Positions 51,601 through 64,000 of a stretch of 64,000 nucleotides of DNA are shown here, piece by piece. The position numbers and the translations under genes are program-made. This stretch comes from Lama guanicoe. Taxonomy: Eukaryota. Below the pieces are notes generated by a model. That model did no database searches. It saw nothing but the letters and a program-made list of their open reading frames with translations, and was not told the DNA's origin. Within the stretch, counting starts at the first letter, position 1. Each line of letters begins with the position of its first letter. Location of the stretch: assembly GCA_013239625.1 (NCBI GenBank), contig MU053629.1, forward strand, positions 3,251,567-3,315,566, read 5' to 3'.

Positions 51601-52795
51601 TACACCCACATCCATTCTGTTATCATTGTGAAGGAGGTAGGATAGGGCAGAGGAGAGATGCTGAGCCGGAAATCAAGAGACTGGAGATCTAGTCTCTGTT
51701 CTAGTACTACTCAGCTGCATGACCTCAGGCAACATGACCTCAACTTCCACATCTCTAAAATTAAGTATGGGACTTGGTCCCTGCCAGCTTCAATGTCCTA
51801 AATGCCAAGCACTGGGTTTCTCCTTCTCTGAGTTCTCTGAGCCCACAGGGCTAATGCAGTACTAGCTAGGGCTCTCTGACAGAGATGAGGAGGGGCCAAG
51901 CCAACAGCTTTTACTCCATTTCCTCTCTGATGGGAAGGGTCAAGCATCAAGGTCCAGGGAGTAAATAGACGTCCCTCCTCCTCTCTTCTTCACGTGTGGC
52001 TGAGCCCCAAAGCAGACATGATTTTTACAGGATGGGCCCAGAGACTCCAGGCAGAAACTCTAGGCTGTGAATTCAAAATCTCAGTATTCTGCTGAGCTCC
52101 CTGACTCTGGCTTGGCTCTCTCCCAGTGGCTGGCATCCTCGACAGGAAAATTAATTGCTGTTGTCATTCCACTTTTTGTTCCAGTCTATATCCCAGGAAT
52201 AAGATATCTGAATGAGATTAAGTAACCTGTATATAAAGGCCAAAGCAGTAAGCACAGAGAGGTGGGCTACAGGGCTGAGAGAGAGCCAAGAACAGCCCCC
52301 GACTGGCAGCCTGTCCAGTCTCCAAGCAGGGAAGGTCCGCGCTGGTGGACACACAATGGGAGTGGGAACTTCACGCTTCCCAGGGAAGCAGAGGAAGTTG
52401 AGCTTGGAAGGTTGATCCAGCCTTGCCGGCAAACATAAGCCCTTCACCCTCCCTCACCCTCCCTCACCCAAGGGGCTGCACCTCGCTACATTCTTTCTAT
52501 TATCCTGGCTTGAATTCTTTCTCTCTTGGCTCAGTGGCTATCAGCAAGGCCATCTCAGTTTCCAATTCAGTGGCTTCACACTGCTGACCTGCCTGGGGCT
52601 GAGGGGTTCATGGTTCCAGTACTGAGTAAGCCAACTTAGGAAGGCTCATGGGTCAGCATAGGTGAGTCATCAGGCACTACTGCCTCCTCATGCTGATGGC
52701 AGTTAACCTGCATCATTGTCAGCATGAGGCTTATGCAAAGTTTAGCCTCAAGTAACAGCCAAGCCTATACTTGGGACCACCTTGGGAAAGTAAAG

Positions 52796-52846
52796 TCTCT
52801 CTCTCTCTCTCTCTCTGTCTCTGTCTGTCTGTCTGTCTCTCTCTTT
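52796..52846. repeat. (CT)n/(CTGT)n compound microsatellite
   Basis: Direct reading. Confidence 0.9.
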
Positions 52847-54794
52847 CACACACATGCACACAAAAGCCCTGCCTGGTAGGGCTTACAGTCTGGTCTGACT
52901 CCCTTCTTTCATAGAGGAGGATGATCTTGCCCAGGGAGAGACAGTGACTCACCCAAGGTAAAAATGTCACAGAAGCTACAAACTAGGTCCCTGGACTCAC
53001 AATCCAGTGCTCTTTCTACTACATCATCCTGCCTCTGTCTAACAATGTCCCATGTCCTAGAACCCGTGAAATAGCAAAACCTGAGCTCCTGTTCCAGCCC
53101 GGCCTGCCAGGTGAGCTGGGGGAGCTGGCGAGGACAGCAACACCATCTGAAGTTCACAAGACCTTTTCCCTCTCGTGTTCCGAGAGAAAATTCCTGCTTC
53201 TCTGGAGTCTGTCTACTTGTGGTCTTAATTACTTGTGTGTATGAGATCTTGCAATCTGTGCCTGGGGACTCTTTGAATTGCAGATTAATATTCAACTAGC
53301 TGGAACGATCTTCAGAAGGAGGCTCGTGGTAATTAAGTTGGTTAGAGAACACTTCAAACTAACTTTTTATGGCACACAAGTGCTGTAAATTACCAGGAGA
53401 GGGAAGACCGGTCCCTTAATGGTGCTTCTTGGGAGTCACGGGGGACCACGCACCTCATTCAGAGAGGAGGAAGTGTCCTTGGGGGCCTCTTTCAAGGAGG
53501 TGGGAGGGGAGGGACTGCAGATTGCGGGGATAGGAAGAAATGGGCAGAGAAAGGAGTGAAGATGTGAGCTGGACTGGGAGGCTGTCAGGCAGATTCATAC
53601 CTGTGACTTAAGACTACCTTCTCCAAGACCCAGTGACTGTCCCAGGAGGAGGGCTGTGAGAGAGAAAGAAAGCGCCAGAGCATGGGCATTTCAAATGCAA
53701 TGATTGGAGCCACTGAGCAGAATCTAGTGAGTGGTGATGCTCAGTCATATATGGTCTTGTTAACAAAAAGGCAGGGGAAAAGGAGCTTTGAAAGACTTTG
53801 CCCAAAGTGGCAGGTATTTTAGAAAATAATTTTTGGTATCAGTGCAGAACAATCTGTGTATCTTGGACTAGGTACACTTACTGCCGCGTCACGCTTGAAA
53901 AACCAACGTAACGCAATAGAGTGTGAGGTTTGTCACAGTGATTTGCTACTAATGTAGTACAAAGCTGGTGAATAATTTATTTTTCATACTAAATAACAGA
54001 GTGTCAAGATCGTAAGTGCATGATAACTTCCCTCTGTATTATCTGCATTCCTAGAAGTCTTCTTAAGTGAGCAGGGGGGAAGGGTGGGGTTCCATCACCA
54101 GGAACCACTGAGAGAGCCCATGACCCATAGCCAACTCCTCTTGGCCCCAGCCCATGTCAATAGCATGTGCCACTGTGAATCGGTGGAATGAAGATTAGAA
54201 AATTGATCTCAAGGACAGGGTCAGGTGGTCCGACTGTGATGGGTGGGAAGCCATTAGGTGTGGCAGTGGGGGCAGGGCAGAAGGTGGAGGAGGGAGATTC
54301 CCCAGCTAGCAGGCTGGGTGGCAGCTCTCTAAGTGGCACAAAATGGATGGACATGTGCTTAAAGGGGCAGGAGCAGTCACAAGTGGTGAGTGTCCCATTG
54401 CTGGTATGGGAATCCCCAGGTGTAGCAGGACCTGGCCTGTTCCTCCAGCGACTTCAGCCTCTGCATTCATCTGAGGACAGATGCTCTTAGGAACTGCTCT
54501 GACCGGATGTGGCCACCGTGAGATTTCCAAGGACCCCAAGGGAGCAAAGAGGAGGGAGGGGACAGAGGTGGAAGGTAGGCTGGTGCAGGGAGCAGCTGGA
54601 GTCCTGGCCCGGGAGCAGGAGGCCAGGCTCCCTTTCTGGATATGCCATCGCCCAGCTTTGAGACTTGGACCAAATCACTACACACCTCAGTTCCCTTGTC
54701 TGTAAAAAGGACAGCTGGAGAAGAAAAAAGCAAAAAGTGGGAAGTCGTGCACGACTACCTGTTCATACGAATATAGGGAAAGTGGAGGCGGGAC

Positions 54795-55040
54795 AGTGTT
54801 GTGCTTAAGAACTCTCGGTTTCTTTCCAGCTCCACCTCCGACAAGCCTCATGTGACCTTGGGCAAGTCACTTGGACAAGTCCCTTAACTCTGCTTGAGTT
54901 TCAGTTTCCCTGCCCATAAAATAGGGATAATAATATTATCTGCTTCATAGGACTGTTGTGAGGCTTAGACAAAACGATGCACAAAAGCCCATAGCGCAAG
55001 CCGTGAGGACGGGCCCCCAGTGAACGTGGCGATTATTCTT
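54795..55040 (+). mobile_element. MIR
   Basis: tgtgaccttgggcaagtcactt..tcagtttcc..taaaatagggataataat..catagg..gttgtgagg. Confidence 0.8.
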
Positions 55041-57309
55041 ATTAAACAACTCAGTGGCCAGCAATAGGGAACTGGTTAGGTAATTACGGTGCATCCATGG
55101 AATACTATGCAGCCACTCAAAGGATAATTGCACAGCAAATGAAAGAGTGATCAGGCCATGCTGTTGGGGGCAAAAAAGAACATGTGATCACATACCATAT
55201 GTAGACATTATGATGATAAAGTGATGTATGCATGTGAACAGAGAATGCAAAATAACGAACAGAAATAAAGATTTTTTTCCTCCCCTAATTCTTTTTTTCC
55301 AATATCAGAAAATAAGGGTGTTGGGTGAGAGGTTTCTGGGGGGGTCTCCAATTCTGGAGTTCAGAGGCCTAAGGGCTCTCTCTGCTCCCTTGTGAGCTGT
55401 GCGGCCTGGAGGCTGGACTCTCACAGTCCGGGGGACCTGGGGGGTCCCATGGGAGGTGGGGCCCCTAAACCAGAGCTGAGCATGCAGTGTCCTCAAGCAC
55501 CTGCCCACACAGTGTCAACGCAGACCAACTGATTCCTCCTTTGCTTAATTTGTGTCCATTGATTTCCTATTTTTAATTAATAATTCTAATTATGATGCAG
55601 CAAATTTACCCAACGGCCACGACTGAATTAATCAGGGTCTATTGATTGGGGCTGCAGAGTTATCCCACGGTTTGTGACATCATTGATTTCCTGTTGAGAA
55701 CAAATAAGAAAACACACGCAGGGCAGATGCACTGTCATCTCTGCTGTCCCCTAAACTAGGTCCAGAAGCACCTGCCCCTCCCACACGCCGTGCCACAGCT
55801 ACCAGGCAGTGGAGCCTCCCTCAGGAGCCCTGGGGAGGCCGTCTCAGCTCTTGTTAGCTTCCCTAAGGAAGCAGGAAGCAGGGAAGGTGACAGATAATGG
55901 TGCAGAGGGCTCTGAAAAAAAGGGTCAACTTAGCATCTGCCAGTCAGTGGTTCTGGGCTTTGTCTAGAACCTTGTTGCTGTATCAGTGGGTAGAGAGTAA
56001 CTTCCACCTCATTTTTTTGTAGTAAGAACCTTGGAGATCCTCCTCTCTCGCCCTGTCATTTTATAGACAAAGGAACCAAGGCCCATGGAGGAACAGGGCT
56101 TTGCCCAAGCTGCCCACTGAGTCACTGCACGGCTGCCGCTGGAACTCAAGTCCTTGGCCTCCATGTCCATTCCCATCTCCATGGAGCAGAAAGGGTGTCC
56201 AGCTGAGCTGGGGGAGACTGGAGGGCAGGGACAGGTTGTGTCTTGTGTCTCTGGCCTCTACCACGGGGCCCATTACCAGGCAGGGAAGCTTGGAACCCAG
56301 TGTGGCCAGCACTGTGAAGCAGCCCTGTCTGTCCTCGGCCTTGCCCTGCCACCCTGGCTCTATCTTGGATCCTCTGTTATCCTCTTGCGCCTTGAGAATT
56401 CAGGCCTCCCACCCCTATCCCAGGTCACTAAACTCCATACCTCTTCTTGATATTAACATGATGACTTACGTGAAATCCCGTAATCCCAAGTCCTTGGGGT
56501 TCCAGGTGAGCCCCCATGTCCCAAGTGCCTTCTCTGTGCTGAGTACCTTACACACATGACTGGATTTAATCTCCACAAGAACAGGTGTATGAGGAGACAG
56601 AGGCTCAGGAAGATCAAGTAACTTGTCACAGTCCCACAGCAACTCAGGGGCAAAGAATTGAATCTGGGACTACCTTACTCCAAAGCGCATCGTGACTCCT
56701 CTGCAGGAGGGAGGAGGGAAGGAAATCAGGGGTGGGGAACATGTAATAGCGGAAACTGTTTAGGATGTATGTGGTCCTCATAACGATGCTGTGAAGGGGT
56801 CCAGAGAGGACACCCCATCAATAAACAGAGGAGCGACACTTTGAACCCAACGAAGGTAGGAAAGTATAGGGAATGAGCAAGAGCAGTTCAATTTGGATCC
56901 AGGATGACTTAGGGCTAGTGAAGTGGCAAAGGTAGGGGTCAAAGCTAGAGGAATAATTTGGGGCCAGATGATGGAGGACTTGTGAATTCCAAGAGGAGAA
57001 TCAAGAGTTCTTCTCTGGGGCCAGTGACAGTGGCTACAGGCTTTGTACAGAGGAAAGCCATGGTCACGGTGGTTCAGGAGCCCTGATCAGATCAGGATGG
57101 GTCTGAGTGGGAAGAGACCAGATGAAGCAGAGACCATCAGAAAGTCACCAAGTTGTCCAAATACAAGCTAAGGAGATCTCAAGCCAGGCAGTGGTGGTGG
57201 CCATGGGGAAGACAGCAGTATGAAGATGAGTAGGGCTGACATCACCTGCAGTTGATTGAACGGGGGACTCCTAGACTTTGCATTTGGGTGACTGGGGTGT
57301 CACAGTATG

Positions 57310-57420
57310 CTCTCATCTTAATTTGATTACATTTGTAAAGACCCTGTTTCTAAATAAGGTCACATTCATTGGCTCCAGGTGGACATGAATTTTGGGGGGA
57401 AACAATTCCATTCAATACAT
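57310..57420 (-). mobile_element. MLT1 LTR fragment
   Basis: ctcatcttaatttgattacatttgtaaagaccctgtttctaaataaggtcacattca..ggacatgaattttgggggga.acaattc. Confidence 0.8.
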
Positions 57421-57914
57421 GGGGGAATAATATATCTACCGCATAGGGTGGCTCCTTCCTAGTGTGAAGTGAGATACAGTTATGTGGGACAACTACCTGC
57501 CTTCCATACTTCTTCTTCCAGGTGCAGAGTTTGCCCCAGAATCCCCAGCTAGGAAGAACAAATCCAGGAAAGAGAGTGACAGTCACCAAAAACTGCCTTG
57601 AGATTCCCTGGGCACGTCAGGAGCAAGATCTGGCATTGCCCATCACTCACCAAGTGCTCTAGGGAGACACCCCTCCAGCCTAACTCTTCATCATTGTGTT
57701 GCCAAATTCTGTGAGAGGCAAGCGAATTAAAGCAGCCGAGAGTTCTCCTCTTCCATCTTCATGGACTCCCTATCAGCATCACAGCAGGTGTAGCAACCTG
57801 TAGCAGGTGGCAGTGGTCAACTGTGAGGTCTACCAGCCCTCCCCAGAGAAAATGACCACATGGAGATGCACACCCCATGGTCACAGTTGACTCCACAAGC
57901 TATAACCTTGTCAG

Positions 57915-58110
57915 GGAGGTGCTTGTAAATGCTTAACATGCTTGTCTTCAGAAAGGGAAAAAAAAGGGCCCTCATTTGTAGCATTTGCCAATTCCCATGG
58001 TGTAAAACCCTATGAAGGCTAATTTCAAGCTACCAATATGAAGTAACAAAACACAGAGTGGGGAAGACATGGGCACGATCAGCTCTCAGCCAGCAACAGA
58101 ACACCACTGC
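57915..58110 (-). mobile_element. MER63-like (hAT-Blackjack) MITE
   Basis: gccctcatttgtagcatttgccaattcccatggtgtaaa..atttcaagctaccaa..gggaaga..acaccactg. Confidence 0.7.
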
Positions 58111-59244
58111 GCACAATTATCTGTGGACCAGGGAGCCAAGGGAAGGGGTCTACACACGTGATCTCCCCTCCCCACCAGCCAACAGCCTTCTGGATTAGAC
58201 ATCTCTGTAGTGGTCATCAGCCAACTGATAAAAGCTTAGAAGTTACAAATATCTTATTAACTGAGGAGTCTGAGCATCGTTTGGGGCAGCTGTGGCGCTG
58301 CAAGAGGTGCTCTGGGCTAGATCTGAATCCAGATTCTGCCACTTACTAGCTGTATGATAACATGGCTAAGTCATGTAACCTCTTATTGAATGATTAATCA
58401 TTCAACAATGATTGAATCTTCACTGTTAGAGGATGATAGGGAAATAAAGATGAAAAATAAAGCACAGTCCCTAGGTCAAGAAACTCACAATCTGGTGGAG
58501 AAGTCATGAAAATGGTAATAATCCAGTGTTTAGGTAGAAGTTTCCTCATATATGGGGGTAGGGGATCTACCCCAGAAACTGGAATGAGAACACACATAGA
58601 AACCTTCCAGCACAGTACCTGGAACAGAGTAGGGGCTCAGAAAATGTTAAATCTGGGAAAGCAAATCTGTGGCAGGAAATCATCAAAGGGATGGAATACA
58701 ACTGCTCTAGTGAGGCACCAAGCTAGGAGCCCTGGGGACCACACGGATAGCCACTGGGCTACCGTCTAGAAGGATTACGGGAAGGCCACACCTTTCCCCT
58801 GGTCCTGAATCTCTGCTCATCCAGTGGTCACACCTTCTTCCCCATACTGCTATGGGGAGGGGGCACGGGGTGTAGGTGGAGCCTCTGGCAGATTCTTCAG
58901 AGCCCACCTGCTTGGGGAATCTGGGCAGGAGATCACCGTCTTTGGAATAGGAGACAGACTCTCCAACATTTCTAAGGGTCAAGTCATAGAATGGGATAGG
59001 GAAAAGAATTTACTACTTATAGACTACACGATTCCTTCTATTTAACTACTTAAAAAAACACTTTTTCTCAGCTTCAGTAATCATCAGCATATGCGCCAGT
59101 CTTGTTTCAACTTATCATCTCTCCCTGACCCAAAAGCCCCCCTCTATGTTTTTCTCTTCCAGTGATGAATTAGGGTCAGTTGAGTTTTTGCTGCTACCTT
59201 CATCACTCCAGGTTTGCAAAATAACCTCCTCTTGAGTACTTTGC

Positions 59245-59278
59245 CTGCAATACCTGTGTGCTGCCACTAGAGAGCAGC
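59245..59278 (+). promoter_or_regulatory. Candidate CTCF site with upstream motif
   Basis: cTGCAATACctgtgtgctGCCACTAGAGAGCAGc: core like CCACTAGAGGGCAG with one mismatch, plus TGCAATAC at typical spacing. Confidence 0.5.
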
Positions 59279-61654
59279 AGGCTGTCTTATTTACGTGACT
59301 CAAAAGACGGTTTTCTGATCTCAGGATCAGAATCACAACCCTGAATTTTCTAATAAAAACAAAACAATTTGTCATTCTGTTCTTTAAGAAAAGAGTCTAC
59401 TTCCTGTTCATCCCACTTTTCTTTTGGAAGCAAGGAGTTAAACAAAATTTAAACACAGTGACTCCTCTTAGCAACGCCCTTGACAACCTGCAACATTGAC
59501 AAATTGTCTCTGATCCAAACTGCTTTCTTTTACAAAGCTTCCAGCTACAAATCCAAGCTGACGGCCGAATATCACCTTCAAAACGACAAGTTTAAATGAG
59601 TTATTATTTGCAAAGAGCTCAAAAGAGTGTCTGGTACATAGTAAGCCGCAATACAACTATTTGAGGTTTTATTTCTTTTCAAATTTTAAATTCTTTTTTT
59701 TCCCCCATTGCATAGGAATGTAAATTCGTTTCAACACTGCAGGAATTAGCAATGAATGAGTCTTCAGTACTCTGGTTTAATTATCCGCTTCCTGTGAATG
59801 GGGAAAGGGACGCCTACAGAGACAGGAAGTTGTCCCAAAGGTGGCCTGGCTCGGTCTGGGGCTGATTTCTCTCCTCCTCTGACATCTCCCAACAGGCTCT
59901 GCAACTCCCTCTGGTTCGCTCGTGGTCACCTGACTCAGGGCCAAGCCAAACCTCCTAACTACAGAGATGTTCAGCAGGCTTTTTTTTTTTTTCTAATCCT
60001 TTTCTGAGTTAAGCCAAGAAGAGCTGCAGGAGAAACACAGCCGGTGTGAGCATGATCAATTAAATTATCATAAGCGGCAGGGGGACGAGGAGGGGAGGAC
60101 TCACAAGCCAGGCCCATTATTACCGTAATGGAGCTGTCATCTGCCGACAGACAGCAGCACGTCGGGCCTGGCAGAGATGCTCAGATTGACGGGAGGCCTT
60201 GGTACCACCCCAGGGAACTGTTGGTGCTCACAGGTCCTGAGGATGCTGCTGCTAATGATGGTGACAGCAGCGCCTGCCACTAACGCAGCTCCTTCTGTGG
60301 ACCAAACACAATTCATACTTTAGCACTGAAATGGGTATTACTGTGCCCATTTTCCAGAAGGGGAAACTGACACTCAGAAATGCTAGGTGACTTCCTCAAG
60401 GTCACACAGCTAGTAAAGTGAAGAAGCGGGAATAGGGCCAGGTCTGTCTAGCCACCGTGTTCCCTCTCAGATAAAGCTGGTTCTTCTAACCCTTGCCACC
60501 CTGGGGTCCTCTGACCCTGCTGGCTGGACCTATCTTTTCTCTCCTTCCCAGAGCATCTCCCCCGCTCTCCCCTCTCAGGTGCTAGCTTGCTCCTTAGTGC
60601 TCTAGGAGCACCCTTCTCCTCTGTACCCACAGGCTCCACCTGCTGGAGGGGTCTGGAAGCTGAAGCCCAAAGGGCATTTCTGTTGCAGACTTTGTCCCAG
60701 GTACAGAAATGACTCTGGGCTGGATTCAGGCTCAGGTCGGTGCGGAGAGGGGTCCCAAAGAGTGTGTTGGGCGCATGTGTGCAGGGGGCGGGGATGGCGG
60801 AGAATCTGACCTGTCGGCCAGTCCACAGCGCACAGGAAGTCTTGGAGCCTGACCTGGGGGATGACCGGACTTAACGCCCAGAAGAAAGAGAGATGAGACA
60901 GGTCCTTGGAGACAAGACTTGAGATGGTTTCCTGGGAAGAAAAGAGCCTGATTTTCAGACTTCTCCAGAGAGGAGCCAGGTGAGGTTGAAACAAGAAACA
61001 GCTGAGTGGATGAAGGCGCAAGGAAGGGTACCAGGTACGCTAGGACGTGTGACGTGCTGACTGGACGAGACCAGGGATAAGAAAGACGGGGTTCCAGGCA
61101 GCTGTACCCGCATACAGGGCCCGCCCAGCAGGGCCTTTCAGACCTGAGTAGGGGCCCCCAGGCATCAGGGAGCAGGGCTGCCGGCAGGACAAGGCTGGGC
61201 AGGCCACAGAGGCAATGGTTAGGGCGACCGTGAGGGAAGCCAGGCGCTGCTCACAGGAACATCTGTCCCCCTTGGGTCTCGACAGTCCAGTCTCAGGGGC
61301 ACGTGAAGCCACCAGCACAGCTCAGGGTCTACCCCTCCCATCTCACCCCAGTGACTGAACAGGGCATGGCCCATCCAGGGGGCGCGTAGGGAGAGACCTT
61401 CTCCTCCATCCAATGGTGTCCCTGCACGACAGGTAATACATGTCTGGGCACTGTCCTCTTGGCTCTCACCTCCGACCCCTCCCTGTAGAATAAGAGGGTG
61501 GCTTCAGGTGGCCGGGCCAGCCTCAAAGACCCCTGTGGTTTTGATGGACTGGGAGCAGAGCGGTGGGGACACCCCAGATGCCCAGCGCAGGGCAGGGAGT
61601 GGAGACAGAGGACCCTGGTTCTACCTGCTGAGTCAGCCGGCAGCCTGAAAGCAC

Positions 61655-61985
61655 GTGTGACAGTGTGGGTGTGACACTGAGTGTGTATGGGGGTGCGTGA
61701 GGGTAAGTGCGTGTGTGTGTTTGTGAAACTGCGGTGTGAATGTGTCAGAGCGTGAGACTCCGTGTGTGTGTGGCTGCGAAACAGCTGTGAATGTGAGGTT
61801 AGAGAGATGAAGACACAGAGAGCCGGGCAGACACATGGAGCCCAAGAGATACCGCCATGAAGAGAAGCATTTGGAGAGACCGAGGCCCCAGAGAGAGGCT
61901 GAGGAGTGTGATACAGAGAAACGGAGGCCTGCAGAGATGGAGGAAGAGACAGAGACTGGCGGAGCTGAGCGGAGGAAGAAAAGCG
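61655..61985. repeat. Degenerate TG-rich then GA-rich low-complexity tract
   Basis: gtgtgtgtgt.. blocks followed by agagagatgaagacacagagag.. blocks. Confidence 0.7.
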
Positions 61986-63399
61986 TTGACAGGCTAGCTC
62001 TTCAGCAGAAAGGAATGATGCCTGCATGTCCCCTGAGACAGCGCCCCCCAACATGCACTGGAGGGTCAGCCCGACAAGGAGATCCATCACCCCAGCCCCA
62101 GACCTGTGGGGCTCTCTCTGGCTCCAATGCTGGCCTTGGCTCTTCACAGTGAGCAGGGGGAAGGGCCGAGGCAGAGGGAGAGGACGCATGCGCGTCTGTG
62201 AGTATGTGGAGGGTTTGTGGGGACAGGTCCTGTGTGTGTGAATCGGAAGCACGCCCTGCAGACGGGCCCTGACCCCTCCCTCCGCCCCTCTGCCTGCATC
62301 CCCCACCGTTCAGCCATCCGGGAGCTCCCCCTTTCCACAGCACCCCGAGAGGGCTCCCTCTCTTGCCAAGCACCAACCCTGACGTGGCATCTTATTCTGC
62401 TGACCTAAGTCTAATTTACTTGGGGGAAAAAAATCTTCCCTGGCCCCCAAATCAAATCACTCAGGGAAGGAAGAGGGTTGAAAGGAACCAGGGGAAATAA
62501 ATGTATTCAGCAAGTGTATTTTTATTCCAGTAAAACTTGATTTAATAACCACCATGAATATTTCATTTGCAAGAGGCTGCCCTCTTCCTGCAGCCTGCAC
62601 TGGTCTCCGGCCAAGTCTGCCCCCCCTGCCCCGGGGGCGGCACAGGCCCCTGCTCCGGCCCCCGGGGCAGCTCTCGGAGGAGATGGAACCACAGGCCCCC
62701 TCTGCCTCCCTGCCATCACCAAACCAGCTCCTCAGGGGGCCTGGCCTGGTATCAAGACTAGGGCAACACCGAGAGGTTGGGATGGAGAGCTGGGTTCAAA
62801 TGCTTGCACCAGGACTGAATCGCCGGTTGACCTGGGTCGGGTTCCCTCACTCTCTGAGCCTCTCCCCATCTTACTACATTCCTATGAGGATCAGTAAAGA
62901 CACAAGGGATGTGAACAACTTTATATCCATCAACAGTTATCCTTCCTAGGGCCTGAGGGCCAGGGTACGAGTTATCCAGAAACTTTCATCTCCCCAACAC
63001 CTGTCCCTTTCTGGATCAAGCTTTGAAGCCATTTCCACTGCGATTCCTCTCCTGCCATCCCAAACCAGGCCATGACGCTGCAACTCCGCAAACCTCAGTG
63101 GTGGTGGGAGGGGCGGAACTAGGAAGAGGACAGTGGGCATCTGTCATTTTGACAGTACAAAGGTACCCCTTCCCCAGGCTCAGGCCATGTGGAGAGGGTG
63201 GGGCTGATTCCACCCTTGGTCCCAGAAGGAGGGCCCGTGGCCCAAGCCTGGCCAGTCAGAACATGCCATTCCCTGGTCACTGCAGCTGGCTCTGGGATGG
63301 GCATATGTCCCTATCAGGCCAGTGCCACTCAATCCTGGGGCTTCTGCTGGAACAATTAGATAAGAGGATGCTTTCTCTATAGTGGGGATGTTAAGCTGG

Positions 63400-63660
63400 G
63401 AGACTGCAGACCTGGGGCTGTTAGTGCCCGTCTCTGCCATTCCTTTGGGAAGAGAGCACTGGAGGATGAAGTCAACACAAAGGAAAAGTTGGGGCCAATT
63501 ACTGACATCGTTTGAGCCCCACCATGATGCAGCTGTGCCTGAAGCAACGCCCACCTCTGTGCTTTTCAGTTACAAAAGGCAATAAGTTCCCTTTTCTGCC
63601 TAAGCCACCTTACGTTGGGTTTCTGTCACTTGCAAGGAAAAAGCACTGATTAATGCCTGG
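63400..63660 (+). mobile_element. Old MLT1 LTR fragment
   Basis: tgacatcgtttgagccc..gcagctgtgcctgaagc..ttttcagttac..caataagttccctttt..taagcca..gttgggtttctgtcacttgcaa. Confidence 0.7.
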
Positions 63661-64000
63661 GAGCTGAAGTATCTCTTTTCGTTTCACTAATCAAAGCCTT
63701 CTACCTCCCCAGGAAAATGTTTGGGGAAAGTGGGGTATCAGCTTGGAAGAAATGGTGGGCTTCACGCTGGTTCATCCCAGTCCCCTTACCGCTGGAGGCT
63801 CCTTTAAGAATTCAAATGCCATCAGAGGCAGCGGTACTGGCTCCTCTGAGGGAATCCCAACATCGCTCAGGGAATTGGTGTAGGGCCCTATAGGGACAAG
63901 TCTTGGGGTTGCCCCACCCCTACCTCACCAACCATTCTTGTTCCCTGATGGTGTCACCAAACAACCAGTCAATCAGTCAGTCAATCAACAACATAGGTGT

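Noticed and set aside
61369..61386. CTCF-like ccatccagggggcgc
   Set aside because: Mismatches in the 5' CCAC part of the core and no upstream motif.
61329..62306. Longest ORF in the track (325 aa, minus)
   Set aside because: Runs through TG/GA low-complexity sequence (HTHT, SLSL runs), shows no domain and has no ATG at its listed start.

Overview
Mammalian genomic DNA containing five consecutive internal coding exons of MEGF11 (multiple EGF-like domains 11) on the minus strand: 29254-29008, 27714-27594, 21372-21236, 17147-16935 and 10164-9990. All have canonical AG/GT sites and compatible phases, and together give 893 nt of open frame encoding tandem Cys-rich EGF-like repeats. Both gene ends lie outside the window; 29255-64000 is part of one very large intron. 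The rest is intronic, with typical eutherian repeats (MIR, L2, L1, MER5, MER20, MER104, MER63, MER94, MLT1, LTR16) and a tRNA-derived Vic-1-like SINE that points to a camelid genome. Repeat names and boundaries are from memory of consensus sequences and are approximate. Nearly all other ORF-track entries are spurious. I cannot support a new biological system here. The best leads are a candidate 105-nt poison or alternative-first exon (13594-13698), splice junctions that create stops or keep EGF register, a templated duplication inside an L1, ONECUT/homeodomain motif clusters and a CTCF-like site.
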